A DNA stretch of 64,000 nucleotides from Candidatus Omnitrophota bacterium (GTDB lineage: Bacteria > Omnitrophota > Gorgyraeia > Gygaellales > Profunditerraquicolaceae). This document shows positions 45,960 through 55,292 of the stretch, one piece after another. The first letter of the stretch is position 1, and every line of letters begins with the position of its first letter. The translations under genes were made by a program, and so were the position numbers. The notes below the pieces were generated by a model. That model was not told the DNA's origin. It made no database searches and saw only the letters and a list, made by a program, of their open reading frames with translations. The stretch is from the NCBI GenBank assembly GCA_020058085.1, contig JAGVER010000010.1:1549-65548 (forward strand). The letters are read 5' to 3'.

Positions 45960-47390
45960 TTACCTTCGCAGCTTTGCTGCTGCCTTAAGCGCTTCTTTTC
46001 TATTTTTGACCTTTCCAATCGCCTGAAGTTCTTCTATCTCAGAGAGAATCTTACCAATTAACGGTGAAGGTCCTAATTTAAACTCTTTCATTATATCATT
46101 GCCGCTAAGCAAACGTTCTGGAATCTTTTCTTTACCTTTCTTTAAATATTCTTTTATCAACTTTGCCACTACCTTCTCATGCTGTTTACGCGCATTAAAA
46201 GTAGTAAGCGGCCCCTTGGTTGAACGCTGGTCAGCCAACGATAATAAAAGTACGCTTAGAGCCTCAACTCCTGCATCGCGGAAATAGCGGAATTTTGCCC
46301 TTGGAGTAGGGCTATTGGTATCAGCAAGATACCCCGGACGAAGATGCCAAAGGACCATCTTATGCAAAGAATATATTTCATCATTAGAGAGCTTCAATCT
46401 TCTGGCGATATCCTCGGCGATCCTTAGACCCACTCTCTCATGGCCATGGAATGTAGTCCTACCTTTCTGATGGCGTAAAGTCTTAGGCTTACCAAAATCA
46501 TGCAAAAAAGCGCCAAATTTTAATAGTGCCTTCCGCCTTCTCGAAGCGCAAATATCGGTATTTAAATATGCCGCAATTTCTTCGTTCTTAATTCCCTTAA
46601 AAATGAGCTCCAATTGCCTAACAGTCTCTAGGGTATGCTGCCAGACATCCAGATGATGATATGGGCCCTGCCCTATCCTGCGCATCTTTTTGATCTCGGG
46701 GAAAACAGTATCCAGTATCTTTAGTTTATCCAGAGCCAGAAAATAATCATGAGCCCTCTCTGTAGCAAAGACTTTAAATATTTCATCCCGGATCCGTTCC
46801 CCAGAGACAGAAATTAATCTATTCCTGTTAAGCTTTGCTAACTTCAAAGTATTTTTATCAATATTAAAATTTAATATAGCCGAGAAACTAAAGGCACGTA
46901 ATATTCTTAAAGGATCTTCGGCAAAGGCCCCGGTATCTACTACCCTGATTATCTTTTTCTTAATATCAACTCTGCCTTCATAAGGATCTATTAGTATTTT
47001 ACTTAAATCCACATCATCTAATGCTTCTTCTAATCTTAAGGCAATTGCATTTATGGTAAAATCGCGGTGCCTAAGATCTTCCTCCAGGCACTTGCCGCGA
47101 AAATCCGTAAAATCAAAGGTATAAATCTGTCCGCCATATTTTTTGACTAGCCGACAGGAGCCATGCTCTTTATCCAGAATAACAAATCCGCATCTTAATT
47201 CCTTGGCTAATCTTCTCCCGAAACTTATCGCCCCGCTCCTAATAGCAAAATCAAAATCTGGATTCTCCTTCTCTCTCTTCAAGATCAAATCGCGCAAAAC
47301 ACCACCCACCAAATAAAGCTTAAGCCCTCTATTTGTGGCAAAATTATACACCGGCATAAGCATGCCGCGTTCTTTCAACGTAAATCTCAT
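45960..47390 (-). CDS. cca: CCA-adding enzyme / poly(A) polymerase family nucleotidyltransferase with HD domain
   Basis: 476 aa. LVGGVLRDLIL, DFDF, RDFTINA, HD-domain HDFGKP. Confidence 0.85.
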   Translation of the reverse strand: MRFTLKERGMLMPVYNFATNRGLKLYLVGGVLRDLILKREKENPDFDFAIRSGAISFGRRLAKELRCGFVILDKEHGSCRLVKKYGGQIYTFDFTDFRGKCLEEDLRHRDFTINAIALRLEEALDDVDLSKILIDPYEGRVDIKKKIIRVVDTGAFAEDPLRILRAFSFSAILNFNIDKNTLKLAKLNRNRLISVSGERIRDEIFKVFATERAHDYFLALDKLKILDTVFPEIKKMRRIGQGPYHHLDVWQHTLETVRQLELIFKGIKNEEIAAYLNTDICASRRRKALLKFGAFLHDFGKPKTLRHQKGRTTFHGHERVGLRIAEDIARRLKLSNDEIYSLHKMVLWHLRPGYLADTNSPTPRAKFRYFRDAGVEALSVLLLSLADQRSTKGPLTTFNARKQHEKVVAKLIKEYLKKGKEKIPERLLSGNDIMKEFKLGPSPLIGKILSEIEELQAIGKVKNRKEALKAAAKLRR

Positions 47391-47391
47391 C

Positions 47392-47802
47392 TTATTTATC
47401 TTTATTAAATATCTCTGACTGTTTTATAATTTCATCTTCAACAAAGATGGGGGCGTGGGCCCTGACTGCAAGGGCGATACTATCAGATGGCCGAGCATCA
47501 ATAATCTTCTCATTACCGGAGGAAGACTTCAGAACTATTTTTGCATGAAAAGTATTCTCTTCTAACTTATCAATAATAATCTTCTCAATATTAGCTTCAA
47601 GGTATTTTATGGTTGTATACAGAAGGTCGTGCGTTAATGGGCGAGTTGGCTCAAACCCACTTATTTTCAGTTTTATAGCTGAAGCTTCGGCTAACCCAAT
47701 AACAATAGGCAAGAGGCGCTCTCCGTTTTTTTCCTTTAAGACAATCAGCTGCTCATGCCTTTTCTCGTCTATAACAATCTTATTTAACTCCATCTCTAGC
47801 AT
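47392..47802 (-). CDS. Bifunctional nuclease family protein (DUF151/BFN)
   Basis: 136 aa. LPIVIGLAEASAI...RPLTHDLL...ARPSDSIALAVR pattern. Confidence 0.85.
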   Translation of the reverse strand: MLEMELNKIVIDEKRHEQLIVLKEKNGERLLPIVIGLAEASAIKLKISGFEPTRPLTHDLLYTTIKYLEANIEKIIIDKLEENTFHAKIVLKSSSGNEKIIDARPSDSIALAVRAHAPIFVEDEIIKQSEIFNKDK

Positions 47803-47815
47803 AGGAATTAACCCT

Positions 47816-48307
47816 CTACCTTATCCTTCTCTTTTCTTTGCGAAAAATGCGCTTGTCTTTTTCTAGTATATCCTTTAACTCGACCATAAACTGGCCTACA
47901 TCTTTAAATTGCCGATAGACCGAAGCAAAACGCACATAAGCTACATCATCCAAGTTTTTTAATCTTTCCATCACTAGCTCACCGACTCGGCTAGCCAAGA
48001 CTTCACGGTCGGATTTCTTCTGGATTGAACGCTCAACTTGAGTAACTATCTCTTCCATCTTTTCAACACTTATTGGCCGCTTTTCGCAAGCTCGGATAAT
48101 ACCGGCTAAAACTTTTTTACGGTCAAAAGGCTCGCGCCGGCCGTCTTTCTTAATAACCATAAGAGAAATTTCTTCTATATATTCATAAGTAGTAAAGCGT
48201 TTACCGCACTTTAAGCATTCACGCCTGCGTCTAACCGCAGATTTCTCAGCTGTACCCCTAGAATCCACAACCTTATCCTCTTTATATCCGAAAAAAGGGC
48301 ATCTCAT
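47816..48307 (-). CDS. nrdR: Transcriptional repressor NrdR (variant zinc ribbon)
   Basis: 163 aa. [13 protein letters not shown]...[17 protein letters not shown] plus an ATP-cone. The second Cys of the first CxxC is Phe (TTC). Confidence 0.9.
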   Translation of the reverse strand: MRCPFFGYKEDKVVDSRGTAEKSAVRRRRECLKCGKRFTTYEYIEEISLMVIKKDGRREPFDRKKVLAGIIRACEKRPISVEKMEEIVTQVERSIQKKSDREVLASRVGELVMERLKNLDDVAYVRFASVYRQFKDVGQFMVELKDILEKDKRIFRKEKRRIR

Positions 48308-48765
48308 ATCTTTCGTATTTTTATTTTAGCTTGCTTTAAAAAATCCGCGGCCATCTTATCCGGATAACCCGCAACAATAACAATCTCTTTTATTCCGGCG
48401 TTAATCAACATTTTGGCGCAGATTACACATGGCTGATTTGTGGCATAGAGGGTGCTCCCCGCTACACTTATCCCATATAACGACGCTTGAATCAACGCGT
48501 TTTGCTCCGCATGTAGCGCACGACAAAGTTCATGGCGCTCTCCAGAAGGAATCTTTAATTTCTGACGCATGCATCCCATATCTATGCAATGCTTAAGCCC
48601 TGCCGGAGCTCCATTATAACCTGTAGCCAATATCCTTTTGTCTTTTACCAAAACAGCGCCTACGCTACGGCGTAAACAAGTTGACCTCTTAGCCACAAGC
48701 TTCGACATCTCCAAAAAATATTCATCCCAACTTGGTCTTTGATGTAAATTATTCTTTTTTTTCAT
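48304..48765 (-). CDS. comEB: dCMP deaminase (ComEB type)
   Basis: 153 aa. HAEQNAL and [14 protein letters not shown] zinc motifs. Confidence 0.9.
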   Translation of the reverse strand: MKKKNNLHQRPSWDEYFLEMSKLVAKRSTCLRRSVGAVLVKDKRILATGYNGAPAGLKHCIDMGCMRQKLKIPSGERHELCRALHAEQNALIQASLYGISVAGSTLYATNQPCVICAKMLINAGIKEIVIVAGYPDKMAADFLKQAKIKIRKI

Positions 48766-48767
48766 CT

Positions 48768-50015
48768 TTATTTAATTAACTCCGGATAAACAGGAAACTG
48801 ATTGGTTAATATTATCACCTCTTTTTTAATGACCTCGAGTTTTTCCGGGTCATTATTTGCCTCTAAGCAATCGTTCATAAACTTAGCAATCTTACGCATC
48901 TGGGGCTCTTTTAACCCACGGGTTGTTACCGCCGGAGTGCCCACCCTTATCCCGCTAGTTACGTCTGCGCCTTTCTGATCAAAAGGAATAAGATTTTTAT
49001 TTACCGTAATATTAACCTGCCCTAAAGCGCTGGATGCATCCTTACCGGTGATTCCTTTTCCACTTAAATCTACGAGCATTAAATGCGTATCCGTCCCTTT
49101 AGAGACAATACGAAAACTATACTCAGTCAAAGCGCTGGCTAACTCTTTAGCATTTTTAATAACCTGATTCTGATAAGTCTTAAATTCCGGGCTCATCGCT
49201 TCTTTAAAGGCCACGGCCTTACCGGCGATAACATGCATCAGCGGCCCACCTTGTATCCCGGGAAAGATCCGGGAATTTATTTTCTTCGCGAATTCTTCCC
49301 TGCATAATATAAAACCTCCGCGCGGCCCACGCAAAGTCTTATGTGTAGTTGAGGTAACAAACTCGGCAAAAGGTATCGGAGATTCATGCAGGCCCGCAGC
49401 AACCAGACCGGCAATATGCGCCATATCCGCAAATAAATAAGCGCCGACCTTATCGCATATGCTTCTGAAAGCTTTAAAATCTATCTTCCTGGGATAGGCG
49501 GAAGCACCGGCAAGAATCATCTTAGGTTTATGTTTCTTGGCCAGATCCATAATTAAATCATAATCCAACATCTCGGTTTTCTGATCAACCCCATACCCTA
49601 TGATCTTATAAAACATCCCGGAAAAATTATTCGGATGGCCATGAGTCAAATGGCCTCCGGCAGCTAAATCCATAGCCAATACTGTATCGCCGGGCATAAG
49701 CACTGAAAAATAAACTGCCATATTTGCCTGAGAGCCTGAATGCGGCTGGACATTAGCATGCTCAGCTCCAAATAATTTCTTAACCCGGTCAATAGCTAAA
49801 CTTTCAACTTCATCCACATGGCTACATCCGCCATACCAACGCCTTCCGGGATAACCTTCCGCGTATTTATTTGTTAAAACCGAGCCTTGAGCTTCGAGCA
49901 CAGCCAAAGAAGTAAAATTTTCAGAGGCAATTAGCTCTAAATTTTCCTCTTCTCTTTTAAGCTCACCTTTAATCGCGCTATAAATTTCCGGGTCAACTTT
50001 CCTTAAAAAATCCAT
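48768..50015 (-). CDS. glyA: Serine hydroxymethyltransferase
   Basis: 415 aa. [19 protein letters not shown]. Confidence 0.96.
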   Translation of the reverse strand: MDFLRKVDPEIYSAIKGELKREEENLELIASENFTSLAVLEAQGSVLTNKYAEGYPGRRWYGGCSHVDEVESLAIDRVKKLFGAEHANVQPHSGSQANMAVYFSVLMPGDTVLAMDLAAGGHLTHGHPNNFSGMFYKIIGYGVDQKTEMLDYDLIMDLAKKHKPKMILAGASAYPRKIDFKAFRSICDKVGAYLFADMAHIAGLVAAGLHESPIPFAEFVTSTTHKTLRGPRGGFILCREEFAKKINSRIFPGIQGGPLMHVIAGKAVAFKEAMSPEFKTYQNQVIKNAKELASALTEYSFRIVSKGTDTHLMLVDLSGKGITGKDASSALGQVNITVNKNLIPFDQKGADVTSGIRVGTPAVTTRGLKEPQMRKIAKFMNDCLEANNDPEKLEVIKKEVIILTNQFPVYPELIK

Positions 50016-50473
50016 TATCTTCTACTCCTTATCTTTTTTTCAATCTCTCTAATTTGGGTTAATCGCCTTTTGTGCCTTCCTCCAACAAAATCCGTATTCA
50101 ACCATGCCATAGTTATTTTTTTAGCTAAATCCGGACGGACAAATATAGAACCCAAAACTAATACATTGCTATCATTATGCATACGGGATAATTTAGCTAT
50201 TTTTACGTTAGAAGATAAAGCTGCACGCACACCGGGTAACCTATTGGCAACGATAGAATTCCCTATCCCGCTTTTACAGATAAGAATCCCTCTTTTAAAT
50301 TTCCCTTTGGATATCTTATCCGCAAGAGCATAAGCAAACTTAGGATAATCGCAGCGGTCTCCGTTAAAAGGCCCTAAATCTTTTACCTTAATTCCCTTTT
50401 TATTAAGAAATGAGATTAACTTCTCTTTTAAGGAAAAACCTCCGTGATCCGAAGAAATAAGTATTGGCATCAT
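50015..50473 (-). CDS. rpiB: Ribose-5-phosphate isomerase B
   Basis: 152 aa. [25 protein letters not shown]. Confidence 0.92.
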   Translation of the reverse strand: MMPILISSDHGGFSLKEKLISFLNKKGIKVKDLGPFNGDRCDYPKFAYALADKISKGKFKRGILICKSGIGNSIVANRLPGVRAALSSNVKIAKLSRMHNDSNVLVLGSIFVRPDLAKKITMAWLNTDFVGGRHKRRLTQIREIEKKIRSRR

Positions 50474-51531
50474 ATTAAATTACTCACCCTTTCTACAGCT
50501 TCCTTAATGGAAACAAGTGTTTTCTCATAAAAATCCAAAGACCTGCCGATAGGATCGGAGATATCCAGATGGCTATCATTTATTTTAGCAAATTCCTTTA
50601 ATAAAAACACCCTATTTTTGACTTCAGGGGCAAGATGCAAAATCGCATCTTCATGCAACCTCTCCATAACTAGAATAAGGTCGGACCTTCTAATCATTTC
50701 CTTAGTAACTTTCTGCGATAGATGTTTAGAGACATCTATCCCCTCTTTAGCTAATACATCCTTTGTCCCTTGTGAAGCACCAAGCCCCGCGAGCATCATT
50801 ATCCCGGCAGAAGAAACCTCCACATCGTCTCTTCTTTTATCCTTCATCATCTTTTTTAATACTGCTTCAGCCATAACCGAACGGCAAGAATTACCGGTAC
50901 ATATAAAAAGAATATTCTTTTTAGAAATAGTAGCCTCAATCTCTTCTTTCTTTATAGCCCCTATCCTGGCAATTGCAGGTTGCTCAATTGTTAAATCAAC
51001 GATTGAAGATTCTAACCCTAATTTTGTCTGACCTGCATCAATAGCAAAATCCACTAAGCCATCTAGATCTTTTATCGCCTCCTCAAAATCAACCGGCGCA
51101 GGATTACCGGAGATATTTGCCGAAGGGCAAATTATCGGATCATGCGCTTCAGCAATAACCCTTAAAGCAATCTCATTATCCGGCATACGCAAACCTACAC
51201 TCCCACCCTTGATCGCTTTAAGTATCAGCGTTAACGGCCCGGGCCAGAATTTATCCATAAGTTTATATGCACTAACCGGAATGTTTCTGGCGAAATCTTC
51301 AACCTTTTCTTTTTTTGCAATATGTATTGAGAATGGCTTATCCTTGGGTCTTTTCTTAATCTCATAAAGCCTATCTACGGCTTTTTGATTAAGCATATTC
51401 GCGGCAATACCATAAACTGTTTCAGTAGGGATAATGACTAAGCCGCCTGATTTTAGGATATGCGCGGCTTCACGGATATAATCATCTTTAATTTGCTTAG
51501 GATCAATCCTAACTATCTTGGTCGTATTCAT
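50470..51531 (-). CDS. L-threonylcarbamoyladenylate synthase (TsaC/Sua5/YwlC) fused to a low-molecular-weight protein phosphatase (YwlE-like)
   Basis: 353 aa. The N half has IPTETVYGIAAN...KKRPKDKPFSIHI. The C half has ILFICTGNSCRSVMAE (CX5R(S/T)) and a DP loop DISDPIG. Confidence 0.85.
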   Translation of the reverse strand: MNTTKIVRIDPKQIKDDYIREAAHILKSGGLVIIPTETVYGIAANMLNQKAVDRLYEIKKRPKDKPFSIHIAKKEKVEDFARNIPVSAYKLMDKFWPGPLTLILKAIKGGSVGLRMPDNEIALRVIAEAHDPIICPSANISGNPAPVDFEEAIKDLDGLVDFAIDAGQTKLGLESSIVDLTIEQPAIARIGAIKKEEIEATISKKNILFICTGNSCRSVMAEAVLKKMMKDKRRDDVEVSSAGIMMLAGLGASQGTKDVLAKEGIDVSKHLSQKVTKEMIRRSDLILVMERLHEDAILHLAPEVKNRVFLLKEFAKINDSHLDISDPIGRSLDFYEKTLVSIKEAVERVSNLI

Positions 51532-52010
51532 AATTTAATCTTGGTATTCTTTATTTTAATACGCATTACCTTTTTATAAGCTAATAATTTTCCCCCGATT
51601 TTCTTATCGCTTATGCCTAATATCTCTGCAGCAAAAATTCCTGCATTCCTTGCGCCGGCCTTACCTATGCTCATCGAAGCTACGGGTATGCCTGCGGGCA
51701 TCTGCACAGTAGACAAAAGCGAATCTAAGCCTTTTAAGCTTTTAGTCTCCATAGGAATTCCGATAACCGGTAATATCGTATGCGCTGCTACAACTCCTGC
51801 TAAGGCAGCAGACATGCCGGCTGCAGCAATGAAAACTTTTGTTCCTTTTTTAGGCGCCTGCTCTATATATTTAATAAGCTCTTTAGGAGTCCTATGTGCG
51901 GATAAGACTTTAGCTTCAAAAGGAATCTTAAATTCTTTTAAAATATTTATTGCCTCACCCACAGTCTCTAAATCCGAAACGCTACCCATAATTATGCTTA
52001 CTCTATTCAT
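51528..52010 (-). CDS. purE: N5-carboxyaminoimidazole ribonucleotide mutase
   Basis: 160 aa. IIMGSVSD, SAHRTP, AAGMSAALAGVVAA. Confidence 0.93.
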   Translation of the reverse strand: MNRVSIIMGSVSDLETVGEAINILKEFKIPFEAKVLSAHRTPKELIKYIEQAPKKGTKVFIAAAGMSAALAGVVAAHTILPVIGIPMETKSLKGLDSLLSTVQMPAGIPVASMSIGKAGARNAGIFAAEILGISDKKIGGKLLAYKKVMRIKIKNTKIKL

Positions 52011-53304
52011 GACAACCTCCTCGTCCTATATCTTTCCGATAATGCATCCCCTGAAAACTTATCTTTCCTACCGCCTGATAAGTATTATCTATCGCATCCT
52101 TTATAGTTTTTCCTAAACCGGTTATTCCTAAAACTCTTCCACCATTAGTGAAATACTCTACTTCCTGCCTCTGCCCAGGATCATTTATTATCCGGGCCTT
52201 GGTGCCGGCATGAAACACATTTATATCTTCCATTCTCTCTACATCTTCTAATCCTGAAATCACCTTATCTTTTTCATAATTGCCCGGATAACCGCCTGAC
52301 GCACAAACCACACACACACAAGTGCGTGGATCCCACTCTAAAGCCCCCAGACGAGAAAGTTTTCCTTCTGAAAGAGCAAGCATCACTTCAACTAAATCTG
52401 ACTTAAGCCGCGGCAGAATCGCTTCTGTCTCCGGATCTCCGAAACGCACATTAAACTCTAATGTTTTCGGCCCGTCTTTAGTAACCATGATCCCGGCGTA
52501 TAAAACACCTTTATATTCTATACCCTCTTTTGCTAAACCATCTATAGTTCGATAAATTACTTTTTCTAAGATCTCTTTAAATAATCCTTCTGTAACTACT
52601 GGCGCCGGAGAATACGCACCCATCCCGCCGGTATTGGGGCCTTGATCATTATTAAAGACGCGCTTGTAATCTTGAGCCGAAGCAAAAGGCACAACGCTCT
52701 TTGAGTCGGTAAAAACTAAGATTGATGCCTCTTCACCCTGAAGGCACTCTTCCACAATAATTCTTCTGCCAGCCTCACCGAAAATCTTATCCTTTAACAT
52801 TGACTCTGCCGCTGCTATTGCCTCTTCAACGCTTTTGGCGACAACTACACCTTTACCCGCGGCAAGCCCGTCTGCCTTGATTACACATGGAGCGCCGATT
52901 TTATTAATGTATTCTTTCGCTTCGCCAAGATCATCGAAAAACTTAAAATCAGCTGTCGGCACATTATATTTTGCCATCAACTCCTTAGAAAATATTTTAC
53001 TCCCCTCCATACGGGCAGCAGACTTATTCGGCCCAAATATCTTTAGATTATATCTCAAGAATTCATCTACTATACCTAATGATAAAGGAACCTCCGGGCC
53101 GACAACAGTAAGATCTATTTTCTCTCTTCTGGCGAAATCCAGAAGACGGGGAATATCTTCTGCTTTTATATCGATACACTCCGCTATTTTAGTAATGCCG
53201 GCATTACCCGGTACGCAAAAAATTTTATCAACTAATTTTGACTGCGCGATTTTCCAAACTAACGCATGTTCACGACCGCCAGAACCGATAACTAGAATTT
53301 TCAT
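52003..53304 (-). CDS. purD: Phosphoribosylamine-glycine ligase
   Basis: 433 aa. MKILVIGSGGREHAL, ATP-grasp, RFGDPETE. Confidence 0.95.
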   Translation of the reverse strand: MKILVIGSGGREHALVWKIAQSKLVDKIFCVPGNAGITKIAECIDIKAEDIPRLLDFARREKIDLTVVGPEVPLSLGIVDEFLRYNLKIFGPNKSAARMEGSKIFSKELMAKYNVPTADFKFFDDLGEAKEYINKIGAPCVIKADGLAAGKGVVVAKSVEEAIAAAESMLKDKIFGEAGRRIIVEECLQGEEASILVFTDSKSVVPFASAQDYKRVFNNDQGPNTGGMGAYSPAPVVTEGLFKEILEKVIYRTIDGLAKEGIEYKGVLYAGIMVTKDGPKTLEFNVRFGDPETEAILPRLKSDLVEVMLALSEGKLSRLGALEWDPRTCVCVVCASGGYPGNYEKDKVISGLEDVERMEDINVFHAGTKARIINDPGQRQEVEYFTNGGRVLGITGLGKTIKDAIDNTYQAVGKISFQGMHYRKDIGRGGCHE

Positions 53305-53323
53305 AATATTCTCAATTTATCTC

Positions 53324-53650
53324 TCAAACCTTTATCATTATCAAAAGCATCTTGAAGCGCTCTATAGCCTTCAAAGAATGCGGCTTATTAGCGGGCATAA
53401 TAATGGTTTCGCCGGCGCTTAGGTAATGTTGCTTACCGGCAATTTTAATTTCTACCTTGCCATCAAAGATATAAACTAAAGCATCGAATGATGCAGTATG
53501 TTCGCTTAAACCCTGACCTTTATCAAAGGCAAAAATCGTAACTGTCCCTTTTTCTTTCCTAATAACTTCTTTACTAACAACAGAATCGTCTTGATAATCT
53601 ACTAGGCTAATCAGGCTCCTAGCTTCTTCGACAATATTGATCATAGCCAC
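53324..53650 (-). CDS. Cupin domain protein
   Basis: 108 aa. GLSEHTASFDALVYIFDGKVEIKIAG...GETIIMPANKPHSL cupin motifs. Confidence 0.75.
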   Translation of the reverse strand: MAMINIVEEARSLISLVDYQDDSVVSKEVIRKEKGTVTIFAFDKGQGLSEHTASFDALVYIFDGKVEIKIAGKQHYLSAGETIIMPANKPHSLKAIERFKMLLIMIKV

Positions 53651-53724
53651 TCCCAGTAACTAATATTCTCATATAATTGTTTCCACAATCATCTTTTAAT
53701 TAAATCTATTGCGTAATTCCAGGA

Positions 53725-53985
53725 CTACGAATAAACTTCTTTCCTATGGCTTATCCGTAAAATATAAATCAAAATTTCCTTCTCCGCTATCTTGTAGATT
53801 ACGCGATAATCTCCCCAACGATATCGCCAATAACCTTGAAAATCGCCTTTTAATGACTTACCTAGACCCTTAGGATCTTTAGCAAGATAGGTTTCAATAC
53901 GATTAAGGATCTTCTTAGCTATGGATTTATCGAGTTTCTTAAGATCCTCTTCGATAGAATCAAGATAAGAAACTTTATAAACCAA
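53725..53985 (-). CDS. Type II toxin, RelE/ParE family
   Basis: 86 aa. WRYRWGDYRVIYKI...ILIYILRISHRKEVY is the RelE/ParE fold pattern. 11-nt overlap with the upstream antitoxin gene. Confidence 0.85.
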   Translation of the reverse strand: MVYKVSYLDSIEEDLKKLDKSIAKKILNRIETYLAKDPKGLGKSLKGDFQGYWRYRWGDYRVIYKIAEKEILIYILRISHRKEVYS

Positions 53986-54193
53986 GCCTATTCCTCAACT
54001 CTTTGGCAGAAATAATTTTAGATTTGGGATCGCTGAAACGATCCTTGGCAATCTGTGCATCGGCATAATCTTCCAAATAGTGCGCCAAAGCATCAGTAAC
54101 ATAAAAAGTTTCGCTTCGACGCGTAGCTTTTGCCAATGAGGTTAGCCTATTAACTAATCCAACAGGTAAACGAAATGCTTTTAATAAGGTCAT
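53975..54193 (-). CDS. Type II antitoxin (ribbon-helix-helix type)
   Basis: 72 aa. The N-terminal beta-strand FRLPVGLVNRL, followed by helices, is typical of RHH. Precedes and overlaps the toxin gene. Confidence 0.75.
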   Translation of the reverse strand: MTLLKAFRLPVGLVNRLTSLAKATRRSETFYVTDALAHYLEDYADAQIAKDRFSDPKSKIISAKELRNRLGL

Positions 54194-54218
54194 GTTTTCA
54201 ACCTCCTCTCACAATAAG

Positions 54219-54247
54219 AGTATAACACTGTTATACAAGTATTGCAA
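54219..54247 (-). promoter_or_regulatory. Promoter with embedded palindromic operator for the TA operon
   Basis: Minus strand TTGCAA (54242-54247) - 17 nt - TATACT (54219-54224). The spacer contains the inverted repeat GTATAAC-A-G-TGTTATAC (54220-54236). GAGGAGG SD downstream. Confidence 0.55.
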
Positions 54248-54264
54248 GATTATTTTTTACATCC

Positions 54265-55140
54265 TTACTTCTCTTTCTTGTCTTCCTTATTCTTGATCGG
54301 TAAAAAACCTGCCATTTCGCCAATTACATTTACTAACTCTGTATTCGCGGGAATAACAATCTTGGCATTATTCACCAATGCCTTCTCAACCGCTTCGAGT
54401 TTTCGCAGTACCTGCGCGTTACCGGTAAAATATTTTTCCGCTGCTTCATTAACCAACTTAATCGCCTCAGCTTCACCTTCAGCCTCTAAAATACGCGCCT
54501 GCTTTATACCTTCAGCCTTCTTAATCTCTGCTCTTTTCTGTCCGTCAGCTACAGTTTCAGTGGCTGTAGCATAATCAACCGCAGAAATTTTTTCATTCTC
54601 TGCTTTAACTACTTTATTCATGGTTTCTTGAACATCTTTGGGAGGATCGATCTCCTTAAGCTCTGTCCTGACGATCTCCAGGCCCCAACTAGCAGTTTCT
54701 TCACAAAGAGTTTTATGCAACTCCGCGTTAATCTTCCCTCTTTCGCTATTTGCGGATTTTAAAGTAAGCGTTCCGATTATATTCCTTAAAGTTGTGCGAG
54801 CTAAGTTTACAATCTGCCACTGGTAATTATTTACGCTATACTGACAGTTCTTAACATCATTCTCATCAGCTTTTACTTTAAAATAAACCTGCGCGTCAAC
54901 CTTAGCATTCAAATTATCGTTGGTAATGATCTCCTGCGGCTCGGCATCAACCATCTGTTCAGTTACATTAACCTGATAAAGATTTTCAATTATCGGAAAG
55001 ACCCAATTGAAACCCGGGTTTGCAAAACGATTATACTTTCCCAGTCTTTCAACTAGCCCTCTATGTGTAGGCCGCACAATCCTGATACCCATGAAGAAAA
55101 CTACTACTACTAATACAATAGCTAATCCCAAAATACTCAT
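54265..55140 (-). CDS. SPFH/band 7 (stomatin-prohibitin) family membrane protein
   Basis: Start at MSILGLAIVLVVVVFFMG (GGAGGTGGGG SD). VRPTHRGLVERLGKY, and a coiled-coil AEGEAEA C-terminus. The first 18 ORF-track codons lie in the repeat. Confidence 0.85.
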   Translation of the reverse strand: MSILGLAIVLVVVVFFMGIRIVRPTHRGLVERLGKYNRFANPGFNWVFPIIENLYQVNVTEQMVDAEPQEIITNDNLNAKVDAQVYFKVKADENDVKNCQYSVNNYQWQIVNLARTTLRNIIGTLTLKSANSERGKINAELHKTLCEETASWGLEIVRTELKEIDPPKDVQETMNKVVKAENEKISAVDYATATETVADGQKRAEIKKAEGIKQARILEAEGEAEAIKLVNEAAEKYFTGNAQVLRKLEAVEKALVNNAKIVIPANTELVNVIGEMAGFLPIKNKEDKKEK

Positions 55141-55292
55141 ACCCCACCTCCTGTAAGTGCACATCCCGCAGAAAGCGGGATACTCGACATTCATTTATGT
55201 CGATGTACCGGCCTCTTAGATATTGAGCACCTTATGCTTTAATCTAGCGAAATCCTTGATCGAACACAAGTGAGATCAAGGAAGGCCGGGTG
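55141..55292. repeat. Structured intergenic repeat, copy E
   Basis: ATCCCGC..GCGGGAT 55163-55181. CTCGACAT-TC-ATTTATGTCGA 55183-55203 is the M1 outer stem with the two inner hairpins absent. Outer GTACCGGCC 55205-55213 / GGCCGGGTGT 55284-55293 encloses TCCTTGATC...GATCAAGGA. Runs from the purM TAA to the SD. Confidence 0.8.
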
